A stretch of 64,000 nt of DNA, from the NCBI RefSeq assembly GCF_035084215.1, contig NW_027139442.1, positions 4,464,001 to 4,528,000 on the forward strand. The letters are read 5' to 3'. Source of the DNA: Heptranchias perlo (Eukaryota). The position numbers and the translations under genes were made by a program. The notes under the pieces are model-generated. The model saw only the letters and a program-made list of their open reading frames with translations. It was not told the origin of the DNA and did no database searches. Positions 1 to 11,543 of this stretch are shown piece by piece (position 1 is the first letter of the stretch; every line of letters starts with the position of its first letter).

Positions 1-79
1 ATAGAGCTCTAAAGGTTCATAAGCACGGCCGTCATGCGATAGGTAAATATAATAGAATGCTGTGGTCCATTTATAGGAT

Positions 80-890
80 ACAGGAACAGAGAAACCAGAG
101 TCGGCCATTCAGTACCGCATGCCTGTTCCAACATTCAATTAGATCATGGCTGATCTGTATGTGAACTCCATCTGCGTGCATTGGTTCTGTAACCTTAACG
201 CCCTTGCCTAAAAAAATTCTGTCAATCTCAGTTTTCAAATTTTTAATTGACCCCCAGCTGGAACAGTTTTTCAGGGAGATTGTTCCAGATTCCCACGACC
301 ATTTGTGTGAAGAAGTGTTTCCTCACATCACTCCTGGATGGCCCAGCTCTAATTTAAAGATTATGCCCAATCGTTTGGGACTCTCCCACCAGAGGAAATA
401 GTTTCCCTCTATCTACGCTATCACATCGTTTAATCATCTTAATCACCTCAATTAGATCGCCCCTCAGTCTTCTATATTCAAGGGAATATTAGCCTAGTCC
501 ATGCAATCTGTCCTCATAACTTAACCCATTTAGCCCCGGAATCATTCTGGTGAATCTGTGCTGCAACCCCTCCAACGCCAATATATTCTTCCTGAGGTGC
601 GGTGCCCAGAACTGAATGCAATACTCCAGGTGGCATCTCACCAGAGTTCTGTACATTTGTATCATGAATTCCTTCCCCTTGTATTCCAGCCCTCTTGAGG
701 TAAAGGCCAACATTCCATTAGCCTATTAAATTATTTTTTATACCTCCCCACTAGATTTTAATGATTCCTGCAATTGGACCCAGAATCTCTCTGCTCCTCC
801 ACAGTTCCGAGCTTCTTGCCATTTAGAAAACACTGATATATTTTTCTTAGGCCCAAAGTGGATGACCTCACACTTTCCCACACTGAACTC
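80..890 (-). mobile_element. CR1 LINE, degenerate 3' fragment
   Basis: ORF 489-713(-) 'LVRCHLEYCIQFWAPHLRK' is the CR1 ORF2 C-terminal motif; CR1-type 3' UTR lies to its left. Confidence 0.7.
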
Positions 891-899
891 CAATTGACT

Positions 900-1440
900 A
901 TAAAACAATACCTACTATTTTGTCCATGTACAAGACGTTGGTCAGGCCTCAGTTTGAGCATATGGAACAGTTTTTGGCCTCCCCATATGGTGTGTGACAT
1001 TGAGGCTTTGGAATGGATGCAGAGGAGGTCCTTTCGATTAAATGCCAGTTTGAACCATTTTAGTTATCAAAATAGGCTAAAAGAGCTGGGACTCTAAACT
1101 TTAGAGAAGCGTAGGCTTAGGGGTGAATTGACCGACATGTATAAGATGAAGAAGGGAATATATTTTGCTGGAGTAGACAGTTTGTGTCAACTAAATAGAT
1201 TAGGGAGAACCAGGGGTCACAAATTTAAGCTGTACGAAGCCAGGTCTAGGTTAGATGTCAGGAAGTGATTCTTTTCCCGGAGAATATTGAACCTCTGGAA
1301 CACACTATCGGCTCATGCATTCGGCGCTGATTCGACGAATTCATTCAAGCGAGAGCTGGACCTGATTCTAGCTGGGGCGGCGATCACGTCGTACAAAACG
1401 TGGGTACTGCATATCATTATCGGGATCAGAGTGATCTCCG
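900..1440 (+). mobile_element. CR1 LINE, degenerate 3' fragment
   Basis: 'ttggtcaggcctcagtttgag', ORF 'DIEALEWMQRR..SYQNRLKELGL' and 'NLWNTL..SFKRELD' match the CR1 ORF2 end. Confidence 0.65.
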
Positions 1441-1729
1441 CGGAGGACAAGCATTCACATACTCAGAAGATTAGACAACAGGAGGACAGACAGAAGATAT
1501 TTTGTTTAGGTCAATCAAAACGACACGCTGATGTGGGGAAGTGATGCATGCACTTTATTTTATATTAATAGGTATAGTTATGTCGTACTGCTTGGATTTG
1601 TGAAGCCAATAATAACGATTGGTTTGTGAGTTTGCCTGGTGTGAAATGAAGCAGTTTGTCGATTGGGATCAGTTTCATTTTAACAAGTGTTTCCTGTGTC
1701 CGAATATTGAAAGATTGGTGAGGCGTGTG

Positions 1730-3235
1730 ACACATGTACAGAAACAAGAATATCTAGTTCCTGTCACATTCCTGGGTTATACTGTCGCATTGTTAGATAT
1801 TGTACAATGCACAAACCCGAATATCCAATTCAGATTATGAGAAGAAACTAATGTTACATTCTTCGATTACACTATCGTATTGTTCGACATTGGACAGTTC
1901 AGATTATAAGGGGAGCTATTGTAACATCACTGGGTTACACGGTGATATTGTTTGATATTGGACAGTGAAGAAACATGAATATCCCCTTCAGATTATAAGG
2001 GGGAACTGTTGTTACAGCGGTGCGTTACACTGTCATATTGTTAGATATTGTGCAGTGCAGAAACAGCATATCCAGTGCTGATTATAAGCGGAACCATTGC
2101 TGCACCCCTGGTGAGAGCCGTGGCTTAGTTGATAGCGCACTCGCCAAGAAATTAGTAAGGTTATGGTTTCAAATCCCACTCTAGAGATTTGAGCACAAAA
2201 TCTAAGTTGACACTCCAGTCTAGTGCTGAGGGCATGCTACACCGTTGGAGTTGGTGTCTTTCAGATGAGATATTAAACCAAGGCCCGATCTCCCCTTTCA
2301 GGTGAACATAATGATCCCATAGCACTATTTCGAAGAAGAGCAGGGGAATTCTCGATGGTATCCTAGCCCATGTTCATCCATCAAACAACACCTAATAGAC
2401 AGATGACGTGGTCATTATCACACTGATGTTTGTGGGACCTTGCTATGTGAAAACTGGCTTCCGCGATTCCTGCATTACAACAGTGGATGCACTTCCTTGG
2501 TTATAAAGCGCTTCGGGACGTTCGAGGTCGTGAAAGGTGCTATATAAATGCGTCTCTGCATTTCTTTTTCTGGTTTACACTCTCGTATTATTAGATATGG
2601 GCAGTGCAGAGACATGAATATACAGTTCAGATTCTCGGGGGAACTATTGTTACATCATTGGGTTACACTGTCCGTATTGTTACACATTTTGCAGCGCAGA
2701 AAGTTGAATATTGAGTTAAGATTATCAAGGGGAACTGTTGTTACATCCGTGAATTACCCTTTCGTATTGTCAGATATTGGAAAGGGCATAAACAGGAATA
2801 TTCAGTTCAGATTATAAGAGGAATTACTGTCACTTCCCTGGTTCACTCTGCCGTATTGTTACGTATGGGGCAGTCCAGAAACATGACTATCCAGTTCAGA
2901 TTATAAGGGAAACTAATGTTACATCCCTTGGTTAAACCATCATATTGTTAGATATTGGACAGTGCAGAAACACGAATATCCGGTTTAGATTATAAACGGG
3001 AACTGTTGTTGCATCCTTGGGTTACACTAACATATTGTGAAATATTGCACAGTCCACAAGCATGAATATCCATTTCAGATTACATGGGGGAATTATTATT
3101 ACATCCCTGGATTACACTATCGTATTCTTAGACATTGGACAATGCAGAAATGCTAATATCCAGCTCAGATAATACGGGGAACTATTGTTACATCCCTGGG
3201 TTACACTCTCACATTGCTAGATATGTGGCAGTGCC
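1730..3235. repeat. Degenerate ~90-bp tandem repeat, interrupted by a SINE
   Basis: Unit ~ggaactattgttacatccctgggttacactgtcatattgttagatattggacagtgcagaaacatgaatatccagttcagattataag recurs at ~2001, 2090, 2639, 2729, 2820, 2908, 2998, 3088, 3177. Confidence 0.9.
2110..2560 (+). mobile_element. tRNA-headed Deu-domain SINE (SacSINE1-like)
   Basis: A-box-like 'gtggcttagttga', B-box-like 'gtttcaaatccc', Deu core 'gtctttcagatgagatattaaaccaaggccc..gatcccatagcactatttcgaagaagagcagggg', tail 'gtgctatataaatgc'. Confidence 0.75.
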
Positions 3236-3561
3236 ACACACCGGCCTGCAGGATCATCCAAGAACGTCACTAAGGTCAATCTAGGAGAAATGTGAAGCGT
3301 AGATGTTTCAGTACAGGGGATGGCCCATCGTGTCAGTACCACTTCATGGTTATAGCAATTCAAAACGTATACAATGAAAAACTTTCTTCCAAATGCCCTT
3401 TATCTTCAACAATTTCAAATATATATTTAATTTTCTCCTAAACGATGCAATGGTTAAATATGCAATTGTCACTTTTCTGTTTTTTTCCATTCCCTGTGTT
3501 AAAACATTCCATGTTCCAAAAAATCTCTGCGTGAAGAATTTACACAAACTATCTCCAGATG

Positions 3562-3927
3562 CTGGCCATTTGCTGGCTCTCTCTGCCTTCCGGATGTTTC
3601 TGCCTCTCTCTGTTTTTTTTCTCTGTTTTTGTTCCCTGTTTGTTTTTTTGTTGAATGTGTATTCGGGGGTTCTGCAGGTGACACCTCTCTGTCTGAACAC
3701 GGTGATTGCCTTGGCAACGGGCAGTTGCAGGGGCAGTCTGTAAACACCATGTATTGTTCTATATGTATAAATGCGTAGGCTTCAAGGAGCTCCTGAAACA
3801 TTTACCTGAGGAAGGAGGAAGTCTCCGAAAGCTTGTGAATTTAAAATAAAATTGCTGGACTATAACTTGGTGTTGTAAAATTGTTTACAATTGTCAACCC
3901 CAGTCCATCACCGGCATCTCCACATCA
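3562..3927 (+). mobile_element. Penelope-like element terminal fragment
   Basis: Flanked by 12-bp direct repeat TATCTCCAGATG (3550-3561, 3928-3939); nearly identical to 51451-51674; contains a hammerhead core. Confidence 0.75.
3800..3840 (+). ncRNA. Minimal type I hammerhead ribozyme motif
   Basis: ATTTAC-CTGAGGA-A-GGAG(GAAGT)CTCC-GAAA-GC-TT-GTGAAT: helix I, CUGANGA core, helix II, GAAA, palindromic helix III. Confidence 0.65.
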
Positions 3928-3962
3928 TATCTCCAGATGAGTTGGAATTGATGATCCCTTGT

Positions 3963-4383
3963 CACTGATCCTCACAACCACAGGATACAGTAATTCTCTA
4001 TTACTCTATCATTGATTCTCACAACCAGAGGATACAGTAATTCTCTATTACTCTATCACTGATCCTCACAACTAGAGGATACATTAATTCTCTGTTACTC
4101 TATCATTGTTCCTAATAACCAGAGGATACAATAATTATATTACTCTATCACTGATCCTCACAACCAGAGGACACAGTAATTCTCTAATACACTGTCACTG
4201 ATCCTCACAACCAGAGGATACAGTAATTCTCTATTACTCTATCACTGATCCTCACAACCAGAGGATACAGTAATTCTCTATTACTCTATCACTGATCCTC
4301 ACAACCAGGGGATACAGTAATTCTCTATTGCTCTATCCAGTTCCTCAAAACCAGAGGATACAGTAATTCTCTATTACTCGATC
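3963..4383. repeat. 47-bp minisatellite, ~9 copies
   Basis: Unit cactgatcctcacaaccagaggatacagtaattctctattactctat, starts at 3963, 4010, etc. Confidence 0.95.
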
Positions 4384-4929
4384 AAACTCATTTATAACTT
4401 AAAATTTAAGTCTCCTCTTCTCAAGTTACGTGGAAACAATTCCGGTATTTCAAAGATTTTCTGCTACTGTTTCTCCTCCCTCGTTTCTTTGGAGATAATT
4501 TCCATTGTGCTTTCTGTGGCTGCAATATAATGGGACGTCAAAATTGCAGACTCTGCACTGGAACTACGGCTTCACCCGAAGAGAATAATTAAGAAAGCTT
4601 CATCCTTATCATCAGCCCCATTGAGCAGTAAAATGTGATACAACCAAAGAGATAAAAGACAAATAACTAATAAACCTTCATCCTGATCATTGCAGTTGGT
4701 CTCATCTTAGGTAGAAGACTTCCTAATGGCTGTCTCACAGCTGCACAAACTTATTTCAATGTGATGTCTGCAGATAAACCGAGTTTGAAGGAAACAGTGT
4801 CGATGAGTAGTTACTAATGTTAATTTAACTCAAAATGTCCGTCAATTATATAAGTCTCTTTCTGGTACAAGAATATCAGCCCAGAAATTGCTTTTGCTCA
4901 TACAGTGGACAACTAATGAACACATTCCA

Positions 4930-6840
4930 ATGAAAGTCAACAACAACTCGCATTCACAGGCCGCCTTTAATGGAATAAACATTCCCAAGGAGCTTTAGTG
5001 AGGAATGGGTAAAAACGGCTTCTGAATGAATATGAAGATATCATGAGGACTGGCAAAAACCTTGACAAAGAATGGGTTTAAGCAGGGTGTAAAAGTAGGA
5101 GAAGCAAATGGAGAGACGGAGGGGATAAGGTTCGTATTCGATCGTAGAATTTAGATATCTGAAGGAACGGCCACCAATGATGGTAAAATATAGCAATAAC
5201 TGCTTGTATTATACAGCTGGTTTAACGTTGATAGATGTCCTTAGTCGATTTACTGAGGTATGAGCAGACAAAAAATGGACCTCAGGCTAAAGAAGGAGGT
5301 ACTGGAGGGGTAATAAAACTTGGAAGCAAGAGATGGATTTCATAGAAGGTCTGAAAGAAGGAATGAACTTACCTTTATATGGCGCCTTTCAAGACATCAG
5401 GACGTCCCAAAATGCTTTGCAATCAATCAAGTACATTTTGAAGTGTAGTCATTGTGGTAGTGTCGGACACGGGTCAGCCAATTTGCACACGGCAAATCCC
5501 ACAAACTGCATTGAGATAAATGACCAGAAAATCGGCTTTCGTAATGTTGTTTGAGGGCTATATATTGCCCCGGACAACGGTAGAACGCCCCTGCTGTTTT
5601 TCGAATATTGCCGTGGGATCTTTTTCATCTCCCTGAGAGGGCAGATGGACCCTCGGTTTCATTCCCATATATGTCAGCAACACTGACAGTACAGTGATCC
5701 CTCAGTGCCACACTACAGTGTCAGCCTAGATTATGTATTCACGTCACTGGGGTAAAACTTGAACTCAAAACCGTCCGACTCAGATGCGAGACTGCAACCA
5801 CTGAGCCACGGCTGACACTTGAAAGGAGGAGGGGGAGAGGGAGGGGTATGGGGAAGGCATTCTGGAGCGTCGATACGGCAGAAGGCACTGCCGTCAAAAG
5901 TAGGGCAAATGGACTGTGGATGCACAAGCGGCCAGAGATGAAGGAGCTGAGTGTTTGGGAGAGATTGTGGGGCTGGATGTGATCGTAGAGATTGGGGGAG
6001 CTGGGGTTGAGGCCCTGATGGTAAGAAAGAATAAAAACAAACGACAGGTTTAGGAGACTGGAAGCCAATGTAGTTCAGTAAGTAGGTGGATGATTGGTGA
6101 GGGACTCAATAATCAAAAAGAGAAGGGTGAGGATGGAATCCTTGGCCAGCATGTGGAGATTGTGGGGCCAAAGATCTTCACTTCCCACTTTTTAACTGGA
6201 GGAAAACGTCGCAGATCTAAAATAGTATGTCAGTCTGACAAAACAAAGACATTGGAAGGGTCAAAAGATGCATTGCTTTTGTCAGCGTACATCTGAAAGA
6301 GTTCCGTATCTGCGAACAATGTCACCAAAGGACAGCATGTAGATGAGAAAGAGGAGGGAGCCAAGGATTGAACCTTGAGAGACATCAGAGATTACGGTGA
6401 TAGGGTGGGAAGAGAAGCTTCTCCTTGCTATGATCAGATAGGTAAATGGAACCAAGCGAGGGTAGTCCCATCAAAAGAGGCCATTTTCCGATATATGAGG
6501 AGGTCACTGGTGGGTTTCCGGTAGGTGTGGAGGAGAGGGCAGAAATGGGGAGGGGTGGGTCATGGAGAGATTTAAACCCGAGGAAAAAAATGTCAAATAT
6601 TTGGCGATCGGTAACTGGGAGTCAGTGAGGCAGAGCAGGAACTGGTGCTGGTTGGAAGGTGGAGGTTGGGTGACCTGCCAGGAGTGGACTGGAGGAATGG
6701 AGTCTGGAGGGGAGAGAGGCATTGATGAGGGTTTCAATGGCAATAGGCTGAGGAAGTAATGGATGCGAGTGAGGGAAGCACGGGGTCTTTGTGATGGAGG
6801 TCAAATCAGGTCATGAGCTCAGCTCGGGGTTACACGGGAG
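4930..6840 (-). mobile_element. Degenerate L2-like LINE fragments with a nested SINE
   Basis: Purine-rich + strand typical of reverse L2; minus ORF 'GLNPSSPNLYDHIQPHNLSQTLSSF' resembles L2 ORF2 end. Confidence 0.5.
5365..5817 (-). mobile_element. Deu-domain SINE
   Basis: Reverse-complement similarity to 2110-2560: head 'actgagccacggctgac', tail 'tttatatggcgcctttc'. Confidence 0.7.
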
Positions 6841-7374
6841 TAATTGTATTGCAGCTGTCAACCAACGAAAAATAAATGGGTAAACATCTTCAGTAAAATA
6901 ACGGAGAAAGGAATGGCAACGAAGCTCGTTCAGAGTCCGACCCCTAATGTCACCCACAGTCATTTCTCGGCTGCAATACTCAACGTAGCCTTTAACTGTC
7001 CCCGTGTCATGGACTCAATATTCATATTTTAACCGGAAAACTGCAGGAACAGAGTCAAACTGGTTTGCTTATGCCCCTGGATTCAGTGTACACGCGGAGA
7101 AATCGTTAAAATTTTAAATGAATCAGCAGGAGTGAACATGGTCAATACAATTATATGAAAACTGTAAAGGAAGCCGCTCAATTTTGTTGGACCAGTCCTT
7201 TCTGAACACAGCTTTTAACTTTATTCCTGAGAGAGGTCTCATTAAGACAAGGATCTGAGCTTTGAGATGTTTGTGATACATCCACGTCATTGTTTACAGT
7301 GAAGACAAAGCTCTCTTGTATTGTGTTTGTTCGGGTCACTGGAAGTAATAGCAATGATCAGGGGTATAACCGTG

Positions 7375-7405
7375 TCAGTGGAGATGTCTCCCCTGTATAA
7401 ATCAG
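7375..7405 (+). promoter_or_regulatory. Core promoter of GPCR gene 1 (TATAAA 7396-7401)
   Basis: TCAGTGGAGATGTCTCCCCTGTATAAATCAG, ~90 bp before the ATG; near-identical motif precedes gene 2. Confidence 0.7.
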
Positions 7406-7486
7406 AGCTAGTTGCAACGTGACATCACAGAGTGCCTGCCGGAGCTGCGGTTTTCAGATCAACAGAAATCACTGTTTCTCAAAGAA

Positions 7487-7556
7487 ATGGGATATTCACT
7501 AATGATTCAGATAGAACGCGTTTACTATCCCGTTCTTGCAGCCATTGGAGTTCCAG
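7487..7556 (+). CDS. GPR139/142-like GPCR gene 1, coding exon 1
   Basis: MGYSLMIQIERVYYPVLAAIGVP+G, donor G|GTAAG at 7557, phase 1, homologous to exon 1 of gene 2. Confidence 0.88.
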
Positions 7557-8643
7557 GTAAGCCGTTAACTCACCTGTGAATATTGTAAATCGGTGTTTAC
7601 TGTGCTGCTATACTTGACGAATTGTTTTTTCTCCCATCATGTTTTACACCCCCGCGTGTTCTGTTCCATCAGTTGAATGATGGATTTTTTTAAGTCTCTG
7701 CTCTTATGTTCTTGTAGGAGCTGCATTATATCTGTAATAAACGCTCCATATCCAATCATGACATTTTTACTGGATTGTTCTCTGTACTGAATGTAGTGTT
7801 GAACAATGTTACGTCCTTAACTTCTAAACGTTCGGTTTTGTAAAAACTGCATTATATGTTATGGATTTTTGGATGTCTAATTCATGCATTTTAATGTAAT
7901 TTTAATTGAATGAGCAAAGTCAATAAACTGAACACATTATGTATCAAACGAGCGTTGCACTGACACCAGTAACCACAAAAACTAAAGGTTGAATTCATTA
8001 ATTGCGTTGTGTTACCGGGATCAAGAGATCAGGTTTCCTCTAACACTCTGCTGCAGGCTCTCCCTGTGAATCCCAGCTGCTCCTGACATACCCTCCAGCT
8101 CCGACATGGGATTTTCCTTGTATCCCTCCCAATCTCACTCAATGTTTCGAATTCCAACTGCATTTTCCAATCCGATCCGAAGTCTCAAACTCACCGCCGC
8201 GGGTCTCTGGTCCTTTCTCGTTTTGTGCCAGCCCCTGTCGGCTCTCTTAACCCACGGCAAAAGAAAAAAGCAGCACCTCTCCCTGTTCACACAACTTCGC
8301 GGCCCTCGCTCACTTCCCCGTCTATCTGGAGCCCATATTGGATTTAATCCCCTGTATTCCCGGTCTGTAAAGCACCTTCTCCCTTCCCCACCGGCACTGC
8401 GCCCTTACTCGGCCATTCCAGGGGATCCGGTGCTCACATTATTCACTTTCTGTATCAATTTCCCAATTCATTATTGTCAAATGTTTTCCAAATAGTTCTC
8501 TGCCCGGAAGCGCTGGTCAGTGAATCATTTTCCAACGTTTGATGAAGCAATAAAGCTGGGAATTTCACCCCAGACCATGTGAAAATGCTGTCTTGGCTCC
8601 AGGTCTTATCAGTAATTCCTCTGCTTCCTTTTCTCTCTCATAG

Positions 8644-9533
8644 TTAACTTGATGGCGATTGTGATCCTGTACCGAGGAAAGTGCGGACTCTCCAAATGTG
8701 TCTCTCGCTACCTGGTGGGAATGGCGGCGGCTGATCTCCTGGTCGTTATCACTGATGTAATATTGAGGGGGATTGGTGATATTTATTTCCCATTTTCATT
8801 CTTGACCATTACCCCCGTGTGCCGCCTCATCGCCATCCTGATCTCAGCAGTCACAGCGGCTTCTGTCTGGTTAACAGTGGTTTTCACCTTTGATCGATTT
8901 GTGGCGATTTGTTGTCAGAAGCTGAAAACAAAATATTGCACCGAGAAAACGGCGGCTGCTGTTATCGGGGTGGTGAGTGCGCTGAGCTGTTTACTAAACA
9001 TTCCCTGGTACTTTGTAATTGACCCGGAATATATAATGGACAATGTACCCCGGGGTTGTGTCTGGAAACCGACCTTTTTCACTTCACCCGCATGGGCAGC
9101 GTTTGAATTGTTTAATCTTGTGTTAACTCCTTGTCTCCCATTCATTCTGATTTTGCTGTTCAATGTTCTTACCGCCAGGCACATTTTAATGGCCAGTAGA
9201 ATCCGGAGGGGACTCCAGGGCCTCAGCAATGGAGAGAATCACAAGGATCCAGAGATGGAAAACCGAAGGAAATCCATCATTTTACTCTTCAGTATATCAG
9301 GCAGTTTTATATTGTTATGGAGTGCGTTCGTTTTTTTTATTATCTTTCCGCATATAACAAACTCCCAGTACTATATGGCCAGTGACATTGAGTCAGCCGG
9401 ATTCATGCTTCAACTTCTCAGTTCCTGCACCAACACGTGTATTTATGTTGTGACCCAGACTAAATTCAGAGAGGAGCTGAAGAATGGGGTGAAATGCCCA
9501 CTGAATCTAATTGTTACATTGTTTAAATCATAG
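8644..9533 (+). CDS. GPR139/142-like GPCR gene 1, coding exon 2 (spliced protein 319 aa)
   Basis: Pyrimidine tract+TAG acceptor, TT-AAC-TTG in phase; hydrophobic helices, TM1 Asn, AAADL, FDRF, FILLW, SCTNTCIY. Confidence 0.93.
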
Positions 9534-9867
9534 AAACATCTGAAGAATTTTCATCGAAAATTAAACAAAAAGTCAATTAGAGTAGATTTTCACGTTTGTC
9601 GTTGGTGTTAGATGGCCGGTAGCGAATCGTGTGCCTGTTATTCACCGCGCCTGATTTTAGTATCCACTGACATCAATGAGTTCACTAAAGTAACTGATAT
9701 CAATCCAAAACTTTAAATACATTTTGAAATACCAGACAGGAATTGTGTTTTACCCGACAAAGCCGGTGTTGTGAAATGATACAAGATGTGATTCTAACAT
9801 GAAATGATTTACTGTTATTCGTCTGGAAATAATATGATTTCAATATTAAATGTTTAATCCTGAAATC

Positions 9868-9873
9868 AATAAA
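9868..9873 (+). terminator. Candidate polyadenylation signal for GPCR gene 1
   Basis: AATAAA ~335 bp after the stop codon. Confidence 0.45.
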
Positions 9874-11001
9874 ATCGAATACGCCTTTTCGGTTGATGAT
9901 TATTTCCCATCACACACACTGCCCGGTGGGATGGACTGAGGGTGAGCTTTCAGGGCCAGACTGCGTCCTGTTCATTTGGACATTTATTTTGACCAGAGCA
10001 AAATAATAATGGACCAAGACCCGGACCGTTACTAACTGGTAAAATAATAAAGTAATTTCAAACTCCAGTGGGCAGTTGCGGAGATCGTTTCCTCTCTGAG
10101 CTGCTCTGCAGCAATATTTACTCACTGCAGGGAGTTCAATGGGACATGAGGCTGGGCCTGGTTCCATAGATCTATAAGGAAACCTCCTGATACATTTCCG
10201 AGATCATCAAGAGCCGGTAGATTTCGCATTGCCGAAGGAGGCCAAGGGAATGCTCTCATGCATCTCCTTGACCCACAAAATATAAGTTAAAAAGTAGTTT
10301 CTCAGTGTTCTGGCCCATGGAAAGGGCGGCTCCTCCACCCATTTGTGCCAAACATTAAATTGTGTCCCATGTACATCATAATACTCTGATTTACATTTTA
10401 CTCGTGGCCTGACCGGTAACAGAGGGTGTTGCTGCAGCCGCTCTTCTCAGGACCCTGCCCGCGATTCCGGAGGCGTGAACGCCAGCGTTAATGAAGCAGT
10501 AAGTGACCTGACACCATTTACTCGCCTCAGCCACCCCATTTCCGCCAGACAGGGATGCTTAAAATCTGCCACACTTTTCCTGACCTACGCCCTAGTATCA
10601 ATCTTCGAATCCCACAAGCTGGTTCATTGTCTCAAACTGCACCGGTTCACAACACGTAAAGGGAAATTTTCACCATCGCTCGGGGCTGAACTGGTGGAGC
10701 AGATCACCCGCCCCTTTTCGAACCCGGCATTTTAATTTCTGCTCAGTCAGTTTTCCGCCCACGCAGAGAAGATGAAATTAGCCCCTGCGTCTCTGACACC
10801 AAGGTTCGACAGGTGTATGAAAGGCCTCAGACAGTGTTTGCCAAACAATAACGTGAATGTTGGAAAATGGGTCCGTGTATTTAGGTGAAAGACGATAACG
10901 CCCCTCCACAGACTCAGGAACCCCATGTGAGAGAGGTGGTGGAGAGCTTGGGAGTGATAATAACAAGCTTAGAGCACCAGGGGTGTTCAGGGAAATTGTG
11001 G

Positions 11002-11077
11002 TCTGTTGCTCACCGAGAGCTGTTTGATTTGCTCTGCGGCTGTGGAGCAAATCAAACAGCTCTCGGTGAGCAACAGA
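11002..11077. repeat. Perfect 33-bp inverted repeat, 10-nt loop
   Basis: TCTGTTGCTCACCGAGAGCTGTTTGATTTGCTC (11002-11034) and its exact reverse complement (11045-11077). Confidence 0.97.
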
Positions 11078-11158
11078 TAATTACAGGGAATGAAACCAAA
11101 ATACACCAACAACGAGTGCAATTGTGACGTCTTACCCAGAGATGTTAGTCAAGCTGAT

Positions 11159-11543
11159 CCATCGGTCTCACTGGTATTCGGTGAGAGATATCTCGAACGG
11201 GCCATCGGTCTCACTGCTATTCGGTGAGAGATAACTCGAACGGTCCATCATTCTCACTGGTATTCAGTGAGAGATATCTCGAACGGTCCATCGGTCTCAC
11301 TGGTATTCGGTGAGAGATAACTCGAACGGTGCATCATTCTCACTGGTATTCGGTGAGAGATATCTCGAACGGTCCATCGGTCTCACTGGTATTCAGTGAG
11401 AGATATCTCGTATGGTCCATCGGTCTCACTGGTATTCAGAGAGAGGTATCTGGAACGGTCCATCGTTCTCACTGGCATTGCTTGAGAGATATCTCGAACA
11501 CTCCATCGGTCTCACTGGTATTCGGTGAGAGATATCTCGAACG
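11159..11543. repeat. 43-bp minisatellite, ~9 copies
   Basis: Unit ccatcggtctcactggtattcggtgagagatatctcgaacggt at 11159, 11202, etc. Confidence 0.95.

Noticed and set aside
8915-9229. Antisense ORFs over GPCR and CR1 coding regions
   Set aside because: Shadow frames of real ORFs with no independent motifs
8649-9533. Assigning the symbol GPR139 to the receptors
   Set aside because: Only family-level resemblance; orthology cannot be shown without a phylogeny
11159-11543. Palindromic repeats resembling a CRISPR array
   Set aside because: Units are directly adjacent with no unique spacers, no cas genes, eukaryotic context
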